From contig JAMWBK010000009.1 of assembly GCA_029953675.1 (NCBI GenBank), forward strand, positions 1,612,001 to 1,676,000: a DNA stretch of 64,000 nucleotides, given 5' to 3'. Positions 11,534 through 23,549 of the stretch are shown one piece after another (the first letter of the stretch is position 1; each line of letters begins with the position of its first letter). The stretch comes from Rhodosorus marinus CCMP1338. Lineage: Eukaryota; Plantae; Rhodophyta. The position numbers and the translations under genes are program-made. The notes under the pieces were generated by a model. That model was not told the origin of the DNA. It worked only from the letters and a program-made list of their open reading frames with translations, and made no database searches.

Positions 11534-14511
11534 ATGCCTCGAGTGGCTTCGTCAGAATGGTGAGTTGTCCTTCCGTGTAAATGCTCGGTCCGTTTCTTGG
11601 TCTTTGGCTTCGTTCTTGCGTGGTCTCCGGGTCGTGGCCTGAACGTTTGGCACGTTCGCACTTTTCTTTTTTTTTTTCGTCTGGAAACAGGAGCCGTCCT
11701 GGGGTTGGAGCTGAGGACGATCTTCGTAGTGTACCGGAATGCTCCGCTTTGAAAAGGAAACCGTAGGTTTGAAGATTGATGACGATTTATGCTTCTTTTC
11801 GAATTTTCTGGATGAGCTGGTTGTCGTATATATTTTTTTTCTTGGGCGGGCTTACTCATCTGGTGCGTCTGGTTTGCTCGTTTGATTGCACAGGGCAATT
11901 GATAAGGTGAGCCTAAGCTGTGTATCTGACTTTATCCAACCTGAGGAATACAAAGATTTGCGGGGGATTGTTGACCCTGTGGACGTTGGGAAGATCAGAC
12001 GAGACCTGCAGATTCTCTACTTAGAATACGCGGCTCAGTGCGAGAAATTGTCGACTCGAATTCACCTTTCCGTTGAAGCTGAGCTTTTGGATCCCAGTCG
12101 CTGTATTCCCAGAGAGGCCAATCCGGAGAGGGCACGAACAATTGATCTCTCCCGTTCGAACCCGCCTTTGTCAGACCAGCAACTGAGGATTTTCTGCATA
12201 AGTCTCCACCGGGCAAATTGCGGGATATTGGAAGAACTGAGGTCACTAAAATTCTGCGACAATCTCATCGGGTCCACTGAAGCTGCAAGAGCTATCAGAA
12301 TGCTGATGTGCGTTGGCAACGGGAAGCTGGAGCTGGATCTGAGTAGGAACAAGAATATCTGCGATCTGGATCACGCTTTTCTCCAATTGAAACGCGATTT
12401 AAAGCGAGTGGTAAGGAAGCTGTTCGATTCGGATGAGCACAAGTCCGTGGATGTCCTACTGACGTTTGACAATTTCCTTTGGCTCATTAGGACTCTGACG
12501 TGTATACCAAGCGTTTGGGATTAAGAAGGTTGGTGCTAGATGGGACAAGTGTCAAGAGCCTTTCGATGGATGTTTGTGACATCCTTTATGGTATAGAGTC
12601 AATTTCGTTGAGCTACACCAAGATATCGAACCTATGGTCGACGACCTCGGCGCTCAGGAAATTGGGTCTTAAGAGTTTGTCGTTTCAGGAGCCGATGAGA
12701 AACTCCACATCTGCGAAGCATCCTCCAGGCCCGGGCGAAAAACCCAGAAGCAGAAGTTCAGCCTGCCGGTTCAGACTTGACAGTCCAATATGCAGGGAGA
12801 AGGCGTATCGGTCTTTTATATTGTATCAGTTGACGACCCTCGAAGTTTTAGACGGTGTAAAGGTATAGTTGCAGAGCAAGCTCAACCGGAAGAGGGTTTC
12901 TGACTATTCCAAGCTGCTAACCTTGGAGCCGCGAACATCGGTTAATACAGGTTTCATATGGTGAGCGTGCCCTCGCTGAGGAGATGGTCCATGAGCACTA
13001 TGAGATGTCGCAGCCAGTGGACAATAGTGAACGGCTTGATAGCTTGCTCCGTCTTCGTGAAAGTGGAACTACTTCCGTACCAGTATCTAGGACAGGGAAT
13101 GCTGTTAACAACGTGATGAACGTGAACAGACTGTGTGAACGAGTGCTAGAGCAGCGCGTCGATCACCCACACATATCCCAGCCATGCCCATCGAGCCTGA
13201 AACCGAGGCAGTTTGAATACAACCCGAACGTTCCAGAATACTTGATCTTCGGATCGTTTGATGGTGAGGCTGAAACTCTTCACTTGTTTTAATTAGTCTG
13301 GGGTTTTCATTTGCGAAATCGAGCTTAGTCTTGAAACGTTTGCTGTTCTGTTCACTGCTCTAGGTGGTGTATATTTGCTTGATCACGAAACTGGCAGAGT
13401 GGCGGGGAGCTCGTTCATGTCGTCTGATGCGGTTATTGGGTTGAGCTGGACCAACAAAAACCCCTTCCTCTTTTTAGCCGGCTCGGAGAGAGGTACAATT
13501 CAGCTCTTTGACGCTGCGAAGATGAGGAACCATGAGGACCCGATCAAACACTGCTTTCCTAGCTTCGATCAGCTCACTTCTCTGCACATGAATTGCAACG
13601 ACGATCAGTTCATTGTCAGCGGGTACTCGAAAGATGTATCCATATACGATTTGGAGGCAGGAAGAGTTTCAGCTCAGTTCAAGGACTGTCATGAGACGCA
13701 TGTGAACGTCGTGAAATTTTCACACTCTTCACCGAACATATTTGCGAGCTCTTCTTTCGACCACAATGTCAAGTTGTGGGATATAAGAGAACCATCGTAC
13801 AATGGGTTCAAGACGCCCATCTACTCCAGGAGGTGCGCGGTTAACTAGGGCAAAACGAGCATATGACTTTTCGCGCTTTCCTTTCATCTCAACAAGTTCT
13901 CTGTTTTGCTACATGGACCGTCCAGGTCCACGAAGCCCATCGTGATGGCTTGCTTCTCCCCGGACGACAAGTACATTTTGACCTCGGCTGTGGACAACGA
14001 GGTTAAGCAATACCTAACGAGTGATGGCAGTCTAGTGCGAGACTATGATATTCGACCGGTTCATTCCCCAAGCAACTATACAAGATCCTATTTCATGAAC
14101 AATGGCGAATATTTCGTTTCTGGGTCATGCTGTGAAAATGTCGTTAGGATCTTCAGCACTTCCACTGGCAAATTGTTGAGGGTAAGAGCTTTACCCCGCG
14201 GACAACGTCGGTTTCTTCACTAGATAGGAGCTCTTTGGATGCAAACTGTTCTTATGAACGCTCATCGGTCTTCTTCATTTGCTCGTTTTTCTTTTTGGCA
14301 AAACCAACAGGAGGTTGAGATCGATAGCAGATGGTTTAGAACTACGTGGGAAGAGTTCTCAGAGAAGGGAATTGATGATGACCACATATTTGTACAAAGC
14401 CTGAGAGGAGATCCGTTCACTCCTTTCAACTTTTCAGTGTTGGCAGCGTCACACTCCTCTAAGTCAAGCACTATTGTGAAGCTGAATTTACTGAAACAGC
14501 TGGAGGACTGA
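11534..14511 (+). CDS. DHU1: LRR + LRRcap + WD40 protein resembling plant DWD HYPERSENSITIVE TO UV-B 1 (DCAF-type)
   Basis: LRR segments (LRSLKFCDNLIG, LELDLSRN, ISLSYTKI); LRR cap SPICREKAYRSFILYQLTTLEVLDG; WD40 blocks PRQFEYNPNVPEYLIFGSFDG, HVNVVKFSHSSPNIFASSSFDHNVKLWDIR, CFSPDDKYILTSAVDNEVKQY, NYTRSYFMNNGEYFVSGSC. First two exons splice in frame (11534-11559, 11691-). Confidence 0.78.
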
Positions 14512-14821
14512 GGCGGAGGGGGGGAGGGAGTATGCCTGAGTTCTATTAATGAAGGAGAAACTGTTGGACATATAACTGCGTCGACGAGAGGACGCTTGTA
14601 TATTTGTAGATGCTACGAGTTTTGCGTTTGTCGTTACGGCCCTATTTTTCCGTTTTTATTAAGTTATAGATTTGTAGCAATAAAAGTACGCCGCCAGAAT
14701 ACCTCTTTTTTGCGCACTTGTTTGTGTCTGAAGTCGTCATTCTGACCAGCGCAGAAGCTGGTGTGCCGCCTCCGTCGATGTTCCCAACAGCTGGCCCTTC
14801 AGGCCTAACATTGGACGCTGG

Positions 14822-16103
14822 TTATCGTTTCTTTCTCCAAAGCTTGCTTTTTCTTCTGTCGGAGCACATATCCTTCGCATTCGCGGAAAAAAACCATCCC
14901 CCAATCGCTTCAATGGCTTTCCGTTTCTCTTTCAAGCCGCTTACAAAATTGTGGTGGATTGCGACTGCATCCGCTGTCGGCCATCCGCTTCCGTTGGGAA
15001 ACTGATCCAGCGACATGACCCGGGTAGTCGCAGTACCTCTCTTTCCTTTCCATCTGCACCTGTCGTTTCCCACAAGCGTACCTGTACCCCTCGGAGTCCC
15101 AGCGTACTGACCGCATAGAACCCAGTTGAATGCCTTTTGCTGAGACCTATTGCTGTTCAATCCCTGTTCAGCAATCTGCGAACACGATCCACAACATGTG
15201 GATGCCAAAACAGCAGCGACAGCTTAGAAAGATGCGGATTCATACAGACTTTTTAGTTTCTGACAATTCACCTCCTCGAACGCATCCATAACCGCAGGCT
15301 TAGGCCTTGCCAGGAAAAGACCCGAATTCAGCCTGAGGTTAAGCTTCATCGGATCATCTCTACCGTGCTTTATGTCGCTAGTCACAACGAGGTCCTCGCT
15401 GAATGTCTTCATGATTGTCAGCGGGTTTTTCAGTAGAGTTACGTCCAGGTCGACAAAAAGTACTGGCACTTTCCTTTTGAGGACCGACAGGACCGCTGCA
15501 GTCTTCGTCTGAGAGAGAATAACAAAGTCTTTCGATCCAAAATCAGCAGCTTCGGATGACAAATTGATATCTGCTTTCGACTTGTCTGTAGTGAAGAGTA
15601 CGCTTTGCACGTTTCGCTTCTGCGCGTAAGAGTGCATTTCTTCGTCGAGCGATACTAGAAGATGGTCGTGAAGCTGATGTTGCGCGAGGGACCAGAAAGG
15701 CGAATATTTTGGCGGCACTGGTCAGCACGCGGGTGTTGGCGAGGACAGTGATCTGGTTTCAACTTACTCCTACATTCCTCAAAGAGCAGATCGCATTCAT
15801 CGCAAATTCTCTGTACCCATAATTGGCAACCAGCACAACGACTGCACCGTTTCTGGAACCCTTCACAACGGAACTTACGAGTGTGCCAACTCTCTCCTCA
15901 GATTCCACGACTATTCTTGGTCGAACGTCAATAGATTCATTATAAACCTCGCTCCTAACCCCCATCAAAATGAAAACCAGGAACAACAACGTCGCAGTTC
16001 CCACCATCCCAATAATTACAAGATGCCGATTCATCGGCCCCACAACACCGTCCACAGCTTTTCGAAACCATTTTCCGTTCCTAAATCCTCGCTTGCTTTT
16101 CAT
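14822..16103 (-). CDS. Nucleotide-diphospho-sugar transferase (GT77-like), type II membrane glycosyltransferase
   Basis: ATG at 16103, single N-terminal TM (LVIIGMVGTATLLFLVFILMGV), ANYGYREFAMNAICSL, DxD motif VLFVDLDV, LNSGLFLAR, QKAFNWVLC, LDQFPNG, HHNFVSGLKEK. Confidence 0.88.
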
Positions 16104-19100
16104 CCAGTTTACACAAAGACCACAATCCACTATTCCCACCCCGCTCTCCTCAACAAATACCTACAGAATTCCTCTTCAAACCAACCCACAATACCCATTC
16201 AGCCCCATCACCACTCACCCTCCCAAATCAAACACAATTACATTCCAACAACCCCAAACAAAAAAAATCAATCCTCCCCAAACCCCATCCCAATCTCCCC
16301 CCTTCAACCTTTTCTATCCACCCAATCAAACCTGAACAAAAAAACCAATAAATCAAATCACGTCTTCCATTCTCATTGATACACAAATCCCATTTTCAAT
16401 ACATTCCAACCTTTTTAACCCTACTCACCCCCCTCCTCCCTCCCAAACAATACAGTTACCCTAACAAAATACATACATACTTGCCCCATTCTGAAGTTTA
16501 CTTGGAAATCGATCTTCTTAATAGCCTTGTTTAAGGTAAGTAACTCAATACCAGACAACGGCCACGACACACACACATTTTTGTTCCTCACCCCAAAAAA
16601 ACTAAAAAAACTGAACGGTTGTGTTTTGTTTTTGTTTTTTTGAATAATGTCGTCAACCTGTCCTATCTTATGATTTTAAGGGGACAGACTGTAAATTCTC
16701 CAAAGTTTAGGGATGAGTTTTTCAAAATCAAGAACTAGTTTTAATTTTATTTTGTTTTATGGTTATTTTATGAAATATATTCTTATTTAAGGATAGATGC
16801 GTTGAAAATAGTAGGTTGGGTTTTTAGAATGTCTGAGAAGGGAGAGGGTGGGACTACTGTGGGACAGTTCTAGACTTAGCTGACACTGTATGGGTGCCAG
16901 GCTGTGGCGCGCTCAAAGTGATTGGCCTCGGTCGCCTCATGGACAAAGACTTTAATGTTAGATCAGTAGACGACAAGACCCTCTTAATTGGGAGAGACGG
17001 TTTAGAGATCTTTGAAAGCCACACAAAACAAAGCTGTCTTGGCTTTACTGATCTCACCTTTCAAAACAGCATGTAGTCGTGAACGCCTTCATCAGCGGGA
17101 AGGCCGGACAAAAGGTTTTGAAAAGATGTGCTCGGGGGAGCTCTGTGCGGTGGGTGGGTGGGTTAGATTAGGATGGGTTCGTGAAGAAATAGAGGGTGAT
17201 AGTCTGAACGATGAGGTTTTCGAGGGTATTCATGAGGATTATGAATGATTCTGCCGTAGTCTGGAGTGGTCGAAAACTCTGTGATAGCGGATTCTCTCTC
17301 TCCCATCCCCCCCGCCCCTCGGCAGGGTGGTGGCCAGCTGCTTCAGAGGCACACCGGAGATGTAGACCGTCAGTGGTCCCATGTTGGTTCTTCCATCGTG
17401 GCATTCCCTTGTCCCAACTGTTGGGTTGAGCAAGCCTCCCGTTCAGTGATTTGCTCGGTAGGCAGTTAAAAAGCTAGCTTGGACTGTGCGCGCCGAGGTT
17501 AGGAGCGGGCTAGAATTTGTTGCATACGCGTCCACAACCGGCTCAAACCAACTTACTGCAGCTTCATGCATTAACAGGTTGATGGCAAATCCCAACACCA
17601 GAATAAAGAAAGAAATCGTCTATCAACGGACGCACTCGGGTCCAATCCAAAAACTCGTCTAAACGGGCGTACTCGACAGCGAAAGAGCGACCGGATGAAG
17701 CTGACGGTTTTCAATACAAACAAAACAGCATACTCGGCCCTTCGTTACAAAGTGTTGGAGCAGCGTAAAGGGATTGCCTCAGGCCTCAAAACCACAAGCA
17801 AGCAAGTCCAGTATTCCGGCGTTCATTCTTGCCTGGCCTTGAACGGACATCCAAACATTGCCACTGCAACCGGAGGTTCAGCACCACCGAGCAGCAAGGT
17901 GGTTGACACAGCTTTTTTTCTTAATGCTTCCGGTAGTCCCCCATAACCTCCCTCCCCGCGCATCCTTGATGTTCAAGTCAAGGACCGAGAACTCGAAGAA
18001 TCATGATCCCTGCCTTCAAAACCTCCTCTAAACCCATGGTCGGTACCTCCTGGCCTTCCCTCCAAGTCCATAATCGAATACTACTTTCACTCTTCTCAAC
18101 GCTTCAGGAAGTAAAGCAAGGCTTCCCGGTTAGAACTCTCTTAAAACACTTTCTCCATTCCCCAAACCCACTAGTTTTCTTCCTCAGGTACATAGTGCCC
18201 CAACCACCTCCACAATGGCAACTTAAGCAGACCTCTTGTGCACTGCCATCCTTCCAGACTTTCGACGGGGGCTAGTCTTTTCGACTTGCCAGTCCTTCCA
18301 TCACCAGCAAAAAAAGGGGAGTGACACTTTGCCCCTTCCTTCAAGAGCAGAGGGGCAGAGTTCGGTTTCCTTTTCTGAGCAGAGACTAAGGAAGGAATCT
18401 TGAGACTCCTTTAGAACGGAAGAGGTTAACGAAGGTAAGAAATTGAGAATCTAGGAAGAGGTTTGGATGCATGCTTGCAGGTGTTTTTAGGATTCGGGAA
18501 GACGGTGGGACCGGAGAGGAGGGGTGGATGGGGTTTGCAGGAGCTTCTTCTCGTTGAGAAAGTTGGTACGGCTTTGGTTTTGTTTTGTTAGTAGACCTTT
18601 TGTTGCTTATATTTATTTATTGAGTAGTTTTGAGGACCAAGCGCTGTGTGTGTTTGGTTGGGAAGTGTTGCAGGAGTTGGGTTGTTTGGCTTTTTTTCTG
18701 GTTCGGAAGTAGATCAAGGATTTGTCTGTGTTGGGGTTGAAGGTATTTGGATGCGCTGTGGAGTTATAGTGTTTGCGAAACAGGCGAGGTGAAAGGGACT
18801 TTGATTAGGGGTTGAGACGAGCGGTTGATCTGTGGGTTGGTGACTTGGCCGTAGTCCAAGCTGAGCTGTTTGTCGTTCGGCGGGGGCCCTTTTTTTTTTT
18901 TTTTTTGTCGTCAGTGGGTCTAGCAGGAAGTTCTTTTCATTCTTTGTCGGGCACTTGGTTTGGTGCTTTTGGAGAGTGAAGGGTGCGCGGGGTTTTTCAG
19001 CACGGCTGGCGGAGTGGGGCTTGCTTTGGGAGAGATGAGGTTCTCCCAATTCTCAAGAGTTCAAGCAGTTCGGCAGTCTCCACTGTGATCTGTACGCTTT

Positions 19101-19145
19101 GGACTTGAACGGGAATGTGATCTCCTGGCATGAGGTTCTAGGACC

Positions 19146-22100
19146 ATGGCTGACGGACAGGAAAAAAGTGAGACCCTTGAGGAGCTTCGTGCGCTCATTC
19201 CCGGGACGAAGTTCGGAAATGATGTGAGTAGACCCGAGGTTTCCTAACCTCAAAACTTTTCACCAAACCTGCGTTTCCGTATTTCCCTGGTAGATTGTGC
19301 TTGTTGGCTTTGGTTAAAGTTCCCTATTAATAATCGGTTGTCGTTCTTTGGCAATAGGCGAGCACAAACCGCACCACGCCGGCTGCAACCAGAAGACCAG
19401 CTTCGCAGAAGATGCAGCCCGAGATGAGATCCGCTGCAGGGTTGCATCAACAGGTAATTTGGAAATGGTTGGTTGAATTTGTGATCATGTGTGTGGATCT
19501 AAGCTGTAGGTCATGTGCTTGACTGACTGCAATAGGCTTTTCCGGCTCAAGGCATGGGCACCGGCCCGCCCGCAATCGCACATCAAACGGGAGCTCCTAA
19601 CAATGTAAGTGATACTCGAGCTTTCCGCTTTGGTTCCAGTCCGTCTGGAGACCAGTTGTTGCCGCACTTGTGAAACCTGGTAGCAGGCAGCTGACAAAGT
19701 ACGTGTGACAACGCCTGCTTACACAGAACCCTTCGAACGGAACCGAGAAAGAGTTGATGGCTTTGATCGATTCTACGAAGAAAAGAGAACCGAGTTCCGG
19801 TGCGTCTAGGAACGTTGACGAGTTGAAGCAGTTAATCGGGAATACAAAAGCGAGAGCGGCCTCTGCTCCTGGCTACAGTGCTCCCACGGCGACGAGAGCG
19901 CCAGCAACCAGCCCCCAGAGCGGGAGGAGGACTCAAGCTGAGGTCTGTCGTTGCCCTACACTTCATAGTCGTCCTAAGCTCAGGTCCTCACACCTACCAT
20001 GGTCCACGTGTGCATTTACGTAGGGCGCTGGAAGCACTGCGGGCGAACTTTGGTCCTTGATTGGAGACAATAAGCCCAAAAAGGAATCGACTTCAAGCAC
20101 TTTGGCGGAGCTGAATGCTCTTGTCAGCAGCACGTCTGCCTCGGCTGCGAAGACGGGGACCAGACCAAGCAATTACAAAAAGCCGCCCACTCCCACTGCT
20201 CAGCCGGTGACGCCCCATAGTGCACCAGTCCAACCCAGAAGTGCTACAGCCCAACCCAGAAGTGCCACAGCCCAACCCAGAAACGCTGCTTCAAAGCCTG
20301 TAAAGAGGGTTCGGGTAGGCCTTATTTGTGATTTTCGCAATACTTGGCGGGCCTTTGCGGATCTTGCTCATGTCCGTGATGACCTTTCTCATGTGGCCTG
20401 AGCAGAAATGGACGAAAAACTGCGAAGAATTGCTAACGCGGATTCGAAATTTAAACGCGGCCCCAAGAACAAGCGTTCAAACAGCAGCATCTGGCCCAAC
20501 CACGGTTGCCAAGCCAGCTTTAGGAAGACCCCGTCAGCCGTCGAAGGCTGAGTTGAGAAGTTTTCGAAGTAGGAAAGTCCTCCCAGTTCTCAGGATGGTT
20601 GCCACATCTGGATTTTCAAAGTTTATTCCACTTGCGCGCACCCTCAAACAAGCTATTCTTCCTCCCAACAACTTGCAGTGCGAAGTGGGAATGTTGATGA
20701 ACTTAGGAGGAGGTTGGGCCTGCCTCCCATGAAGTGGGACGTTAGTCCTCAGGTGCAGAGTGCTACTAGAAGTATGACCCAATTCATTCAATCCTCGGTG
20801 TTCTTTTCTTGCATACGCTTTGCGGCGCAAGTACTAACAGTGACTCACTCTGCGCAGGACCACCACAAGGCAGTCTTGAAGCATTCTTGCATTCAGTGGT
20901 GTACAAATACAAACAGAGGATTATGTCGTCGACTCGAGATGACAAGGAGACCACTATTCGCGCTTTTCAGACTCAGGTTCAGCAATTGTTTAAAGAGTAT
21001 AGGACAGGTCGAATGCCCAGTGACAAGGTACAAAACAAGGGAAGAAAGTTTCGTATCTGGTCTGATGTTTTCGTCGCTCACTGCAGTTGGCGCAAATCTT
21101 CTCGACTATTTTCTGTTCGCCGAATCTAGGTTGTGGAAGTCGTTTGTGGTAAAGGCCGCGAGATTGGTATGCCCGAGATAGATACAATGCGGCAAAAGTG
21201 GTATGCGAATGCAAAGGAGAGAGCCGCTATGGCAGGCGGCGCAGTAGGCAAAGCGAAAGGAACGGAAGCGGCAAAACCGGCAGAGACCCCAGCAGCCTCG
21301 GATTCCGTCTCGGCGGGTGCTGCGAATGTCCCGGAAGGAAAGCCAGCGAAAGGTCGCGGGTCGATTGGTTGCAAGAAGGGTAGGTTGGAGCTCGGGCAAG
21401 CAGGCCAAATGACAACCTTGTGAATAGTTGGCGGAGTGTTATTTTGTTGCCCTCTTGTCTAATACTCTTTTTGCAGCTCCAGCGCAAGAACCTAGACAGG
21501 CAAACGGCAAGGTTGGAGAAGGGACACCTAAGCGGACCACGAAGAAACCCGGGGTTGCAAATGTGCCTGGTGCGAAGGCGACTACCGGTAAGGCGACCGC
21601 TACGAAAGCGACCGCTGCGAAGGCGACGGCTGCAAAGACTGCTGCGAAAGCGACTGCCGCAAAGACTGCTGCGAAAGCGACTGCTGCGAAAGCGACTGCT
21701 GCGAAAGCGACTGCTGCGAAAGCGACTGCTGCGAAAGTGACTGCTGCGAAGGCGGTCGCTGGAAAGCCGATAACTTCGAAGGCGACCGCCGCGAAAGCGA
21801 CCGCTGCCGCGAAGGCGGCTGCGGCAAAGTCTGCGAAGGCGACGGCTTCAAAGTCGACACCGAAGAACACTCCTTCGAAGGCTACTGCGGCGAAGTCCTC
21901 TACTCCGAAGCCGAACCGAGGCTCGGCAAAATTATCCGCTGGTGAAGCGAAGTCCGCGGTACGTCGCAGACAAATTGACTAGGCACTGTTTTATCTGTGA
22001 ACTCATATTTGCGTACACCATTGTAGGAAAAGACGCCGGCAACACCCGTGGAATCGGAGGATCCTGCGCTTGTTGAGGAAGATCCTCAGTCCTGGGTAGT

Positions 22101-23173
22101 ATCCAAGAAAAAGCTTTCACGTGTGATTAGTAAGGTTGTAGATGAGAACGGTATCGCTCTGAAGGAGGATGCGCTGGAATGCATGGAGCAGGCGGTTCGA
22201 GAGCGCCTGAAATATGTGGTAGCGAAACTTATGCTTACTTCCAAACAGCGGACGGAGTCGAGGAAGCGGGACTTCCTCATATCGGAGTCCGGAGTAGCAG
22301 TCGCGGTAGGTGCAATGAGACTGTGTTGTGTCAATGGAGTTTGCGCACGAACGGCTGTGTGCTGACGAAACGCGTTGTACCATTTTTTCTTCCATTCCAT
22401 TTCCTTTTCTGCAGCAACAATTGCAAGCTGCGAGAATGAATGAAGAGCGCAAGCTGGATGTTGCCGCGGAGAACAGAAAACGTCGACGTATGGAGGAGGA
22501 GGCGAAGAAGAGCGGAAAGGAGGGAGAAGGAGAACCTGGGAAGGGGGGTAGTGCCAAGCCAGATGGGACTGAAGGAAGTAGCACGAAGAAGTCTGCCGTC
22601 GACAAGAACGTTGTGGAGCGAGAAAAGAGGGCAGAAAGTATGAAGGCCACGAATAAGGCTCTCAGGAACCTCACTGCTGGCATTCGGGTGAAGAGAAAGT
22701 TTGCGCTCCCTTCGAAGAAATCGGGAGGGGACAGGAAACCACTGGATACGTCTTCACTATTGAAGCCAGGAGCAGGGGCAAAGACTGCGCCGGCAAAGGC
22801 TTTGCCCACGAAAAGTGGGCCCTCGAGGGCTGCACCGGGTGCATCGCCGACGGGAAAGAGCGCACCGCTAAAAACAGGGACAGGAACTACTGGCAAGAAG
22901 GTCGCAAAGTCGGAGAAGTCGTCTGGGTCAGGAACAACGTCCACGGCCGGTGCTAGCGGTGCCGCGAAATCCAAGCCTGTACCGAGCATTCCGTTGACCC
23001 TTCGTGACTGTCTATATTTTCTCGAGCACGAACGGTTGTCTAGGAAAACAGATTTGCTTCTCAGGTGGTATTCTAGATTGGATTGCCCTAGTCGCAAAGC
23101 ACCACCGCCAGCTGGCAAAGTAGCAGCGGACATGAAGGAACTCCCACCTGCTCCCAAGAAAGCCGCCGCGTAA
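19146..23173 (+). CDS. TAF4: TFIID subunit 4 (TAF4) with a long low-complexity N-terminus and a Lys/Ala-rich repeat; multi-exon, 5' exons less certain
   Basis: Histone fold KKKLSRVISKVVDENGIALKEDALECMEQAVRERLKYVVAKLMLTSKQRTESRK; E/R-rich helix; C-terminal LTLRDCLYFLEHERLSRKTDLLLRWY. ATG at 19146 with donor GTGAGT at 19224, after a G/T-rich leader. Confidence 0.78.
21589..21860 (+). repeat. Coding tandem repeat, 15-bp unit GCGAAAGCGACTGCT encoding (ATAAK)n
   Basis: Near-perfect units over about 21630-21750, degenerate on both sides; translation KATAAKATAAKTAAKATAAK... Confidence 0.95.
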
Positions 23174-23529
23174 AGGACCGACAGGATCGTTCGAAGCTCT
23201 CTGGCATCAGCGTCGGACACGCTGTGCTTGGGAACTATTCTAGACAAATTTTTTTTTGAATGTGTACTAGCTTACTAGAATGCTATGGATGATCTCTGCG
23301 TTCCTTTTTTTTTTGTTTCAAGCGCGATGACCATGGAATGCTCGCGCCCACATGCGTACCGACACTGCCCACCTTGCATAATGATATAAACTAAGAAAAG
23401 AAGAGTGGCAGTTGCTTGGCGGTTGTATCGCAGGGCAGGATCTTGATGACACGGGAGACGTTGTTCACCCTGGGAAAGGTGTCAACAATAACACTGAAAC
23501 CCTGCTAGGACCGGCCTCAGCGGACACTG

Positions 23530-23549
23530 GGGTTACGTTAGTCTGGGGT
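23530..23549 (+). repeat. Left copy of exact 20-bp direct repeat GGGTTACGTTAGTCTGGGGT (candidate target-site duplication)
   Basis: Identical to 25729-25748; lies immediately before the first recognisable RT codons. Confidence 0.8.

Noticed and set aside
21439-23247. Long minus-strand ORFs (143 aa AAVAF repeat; 376 aa)
   Set aside because: Antisense shadows of the low-complexity TAF4 exons.
23435-23505. Box C/D snoRNA-like arrangement (GCAGG..TGATGA..CTGA..CCTGC) just upstream of the retroelement
   Set aside because: Motifs are short enough to arise by chance and I could not identify an rRNA or snRNA complement for the guide. A snoscan or Infernal run would settle it.
23412-23549. N-terminal part of the 413-aa RT ORF
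   Set aside because: Starts at TTG, has no RT similarity before GLDK and contains the flanking repeat; it is read-through of flank, not element coding sequence.
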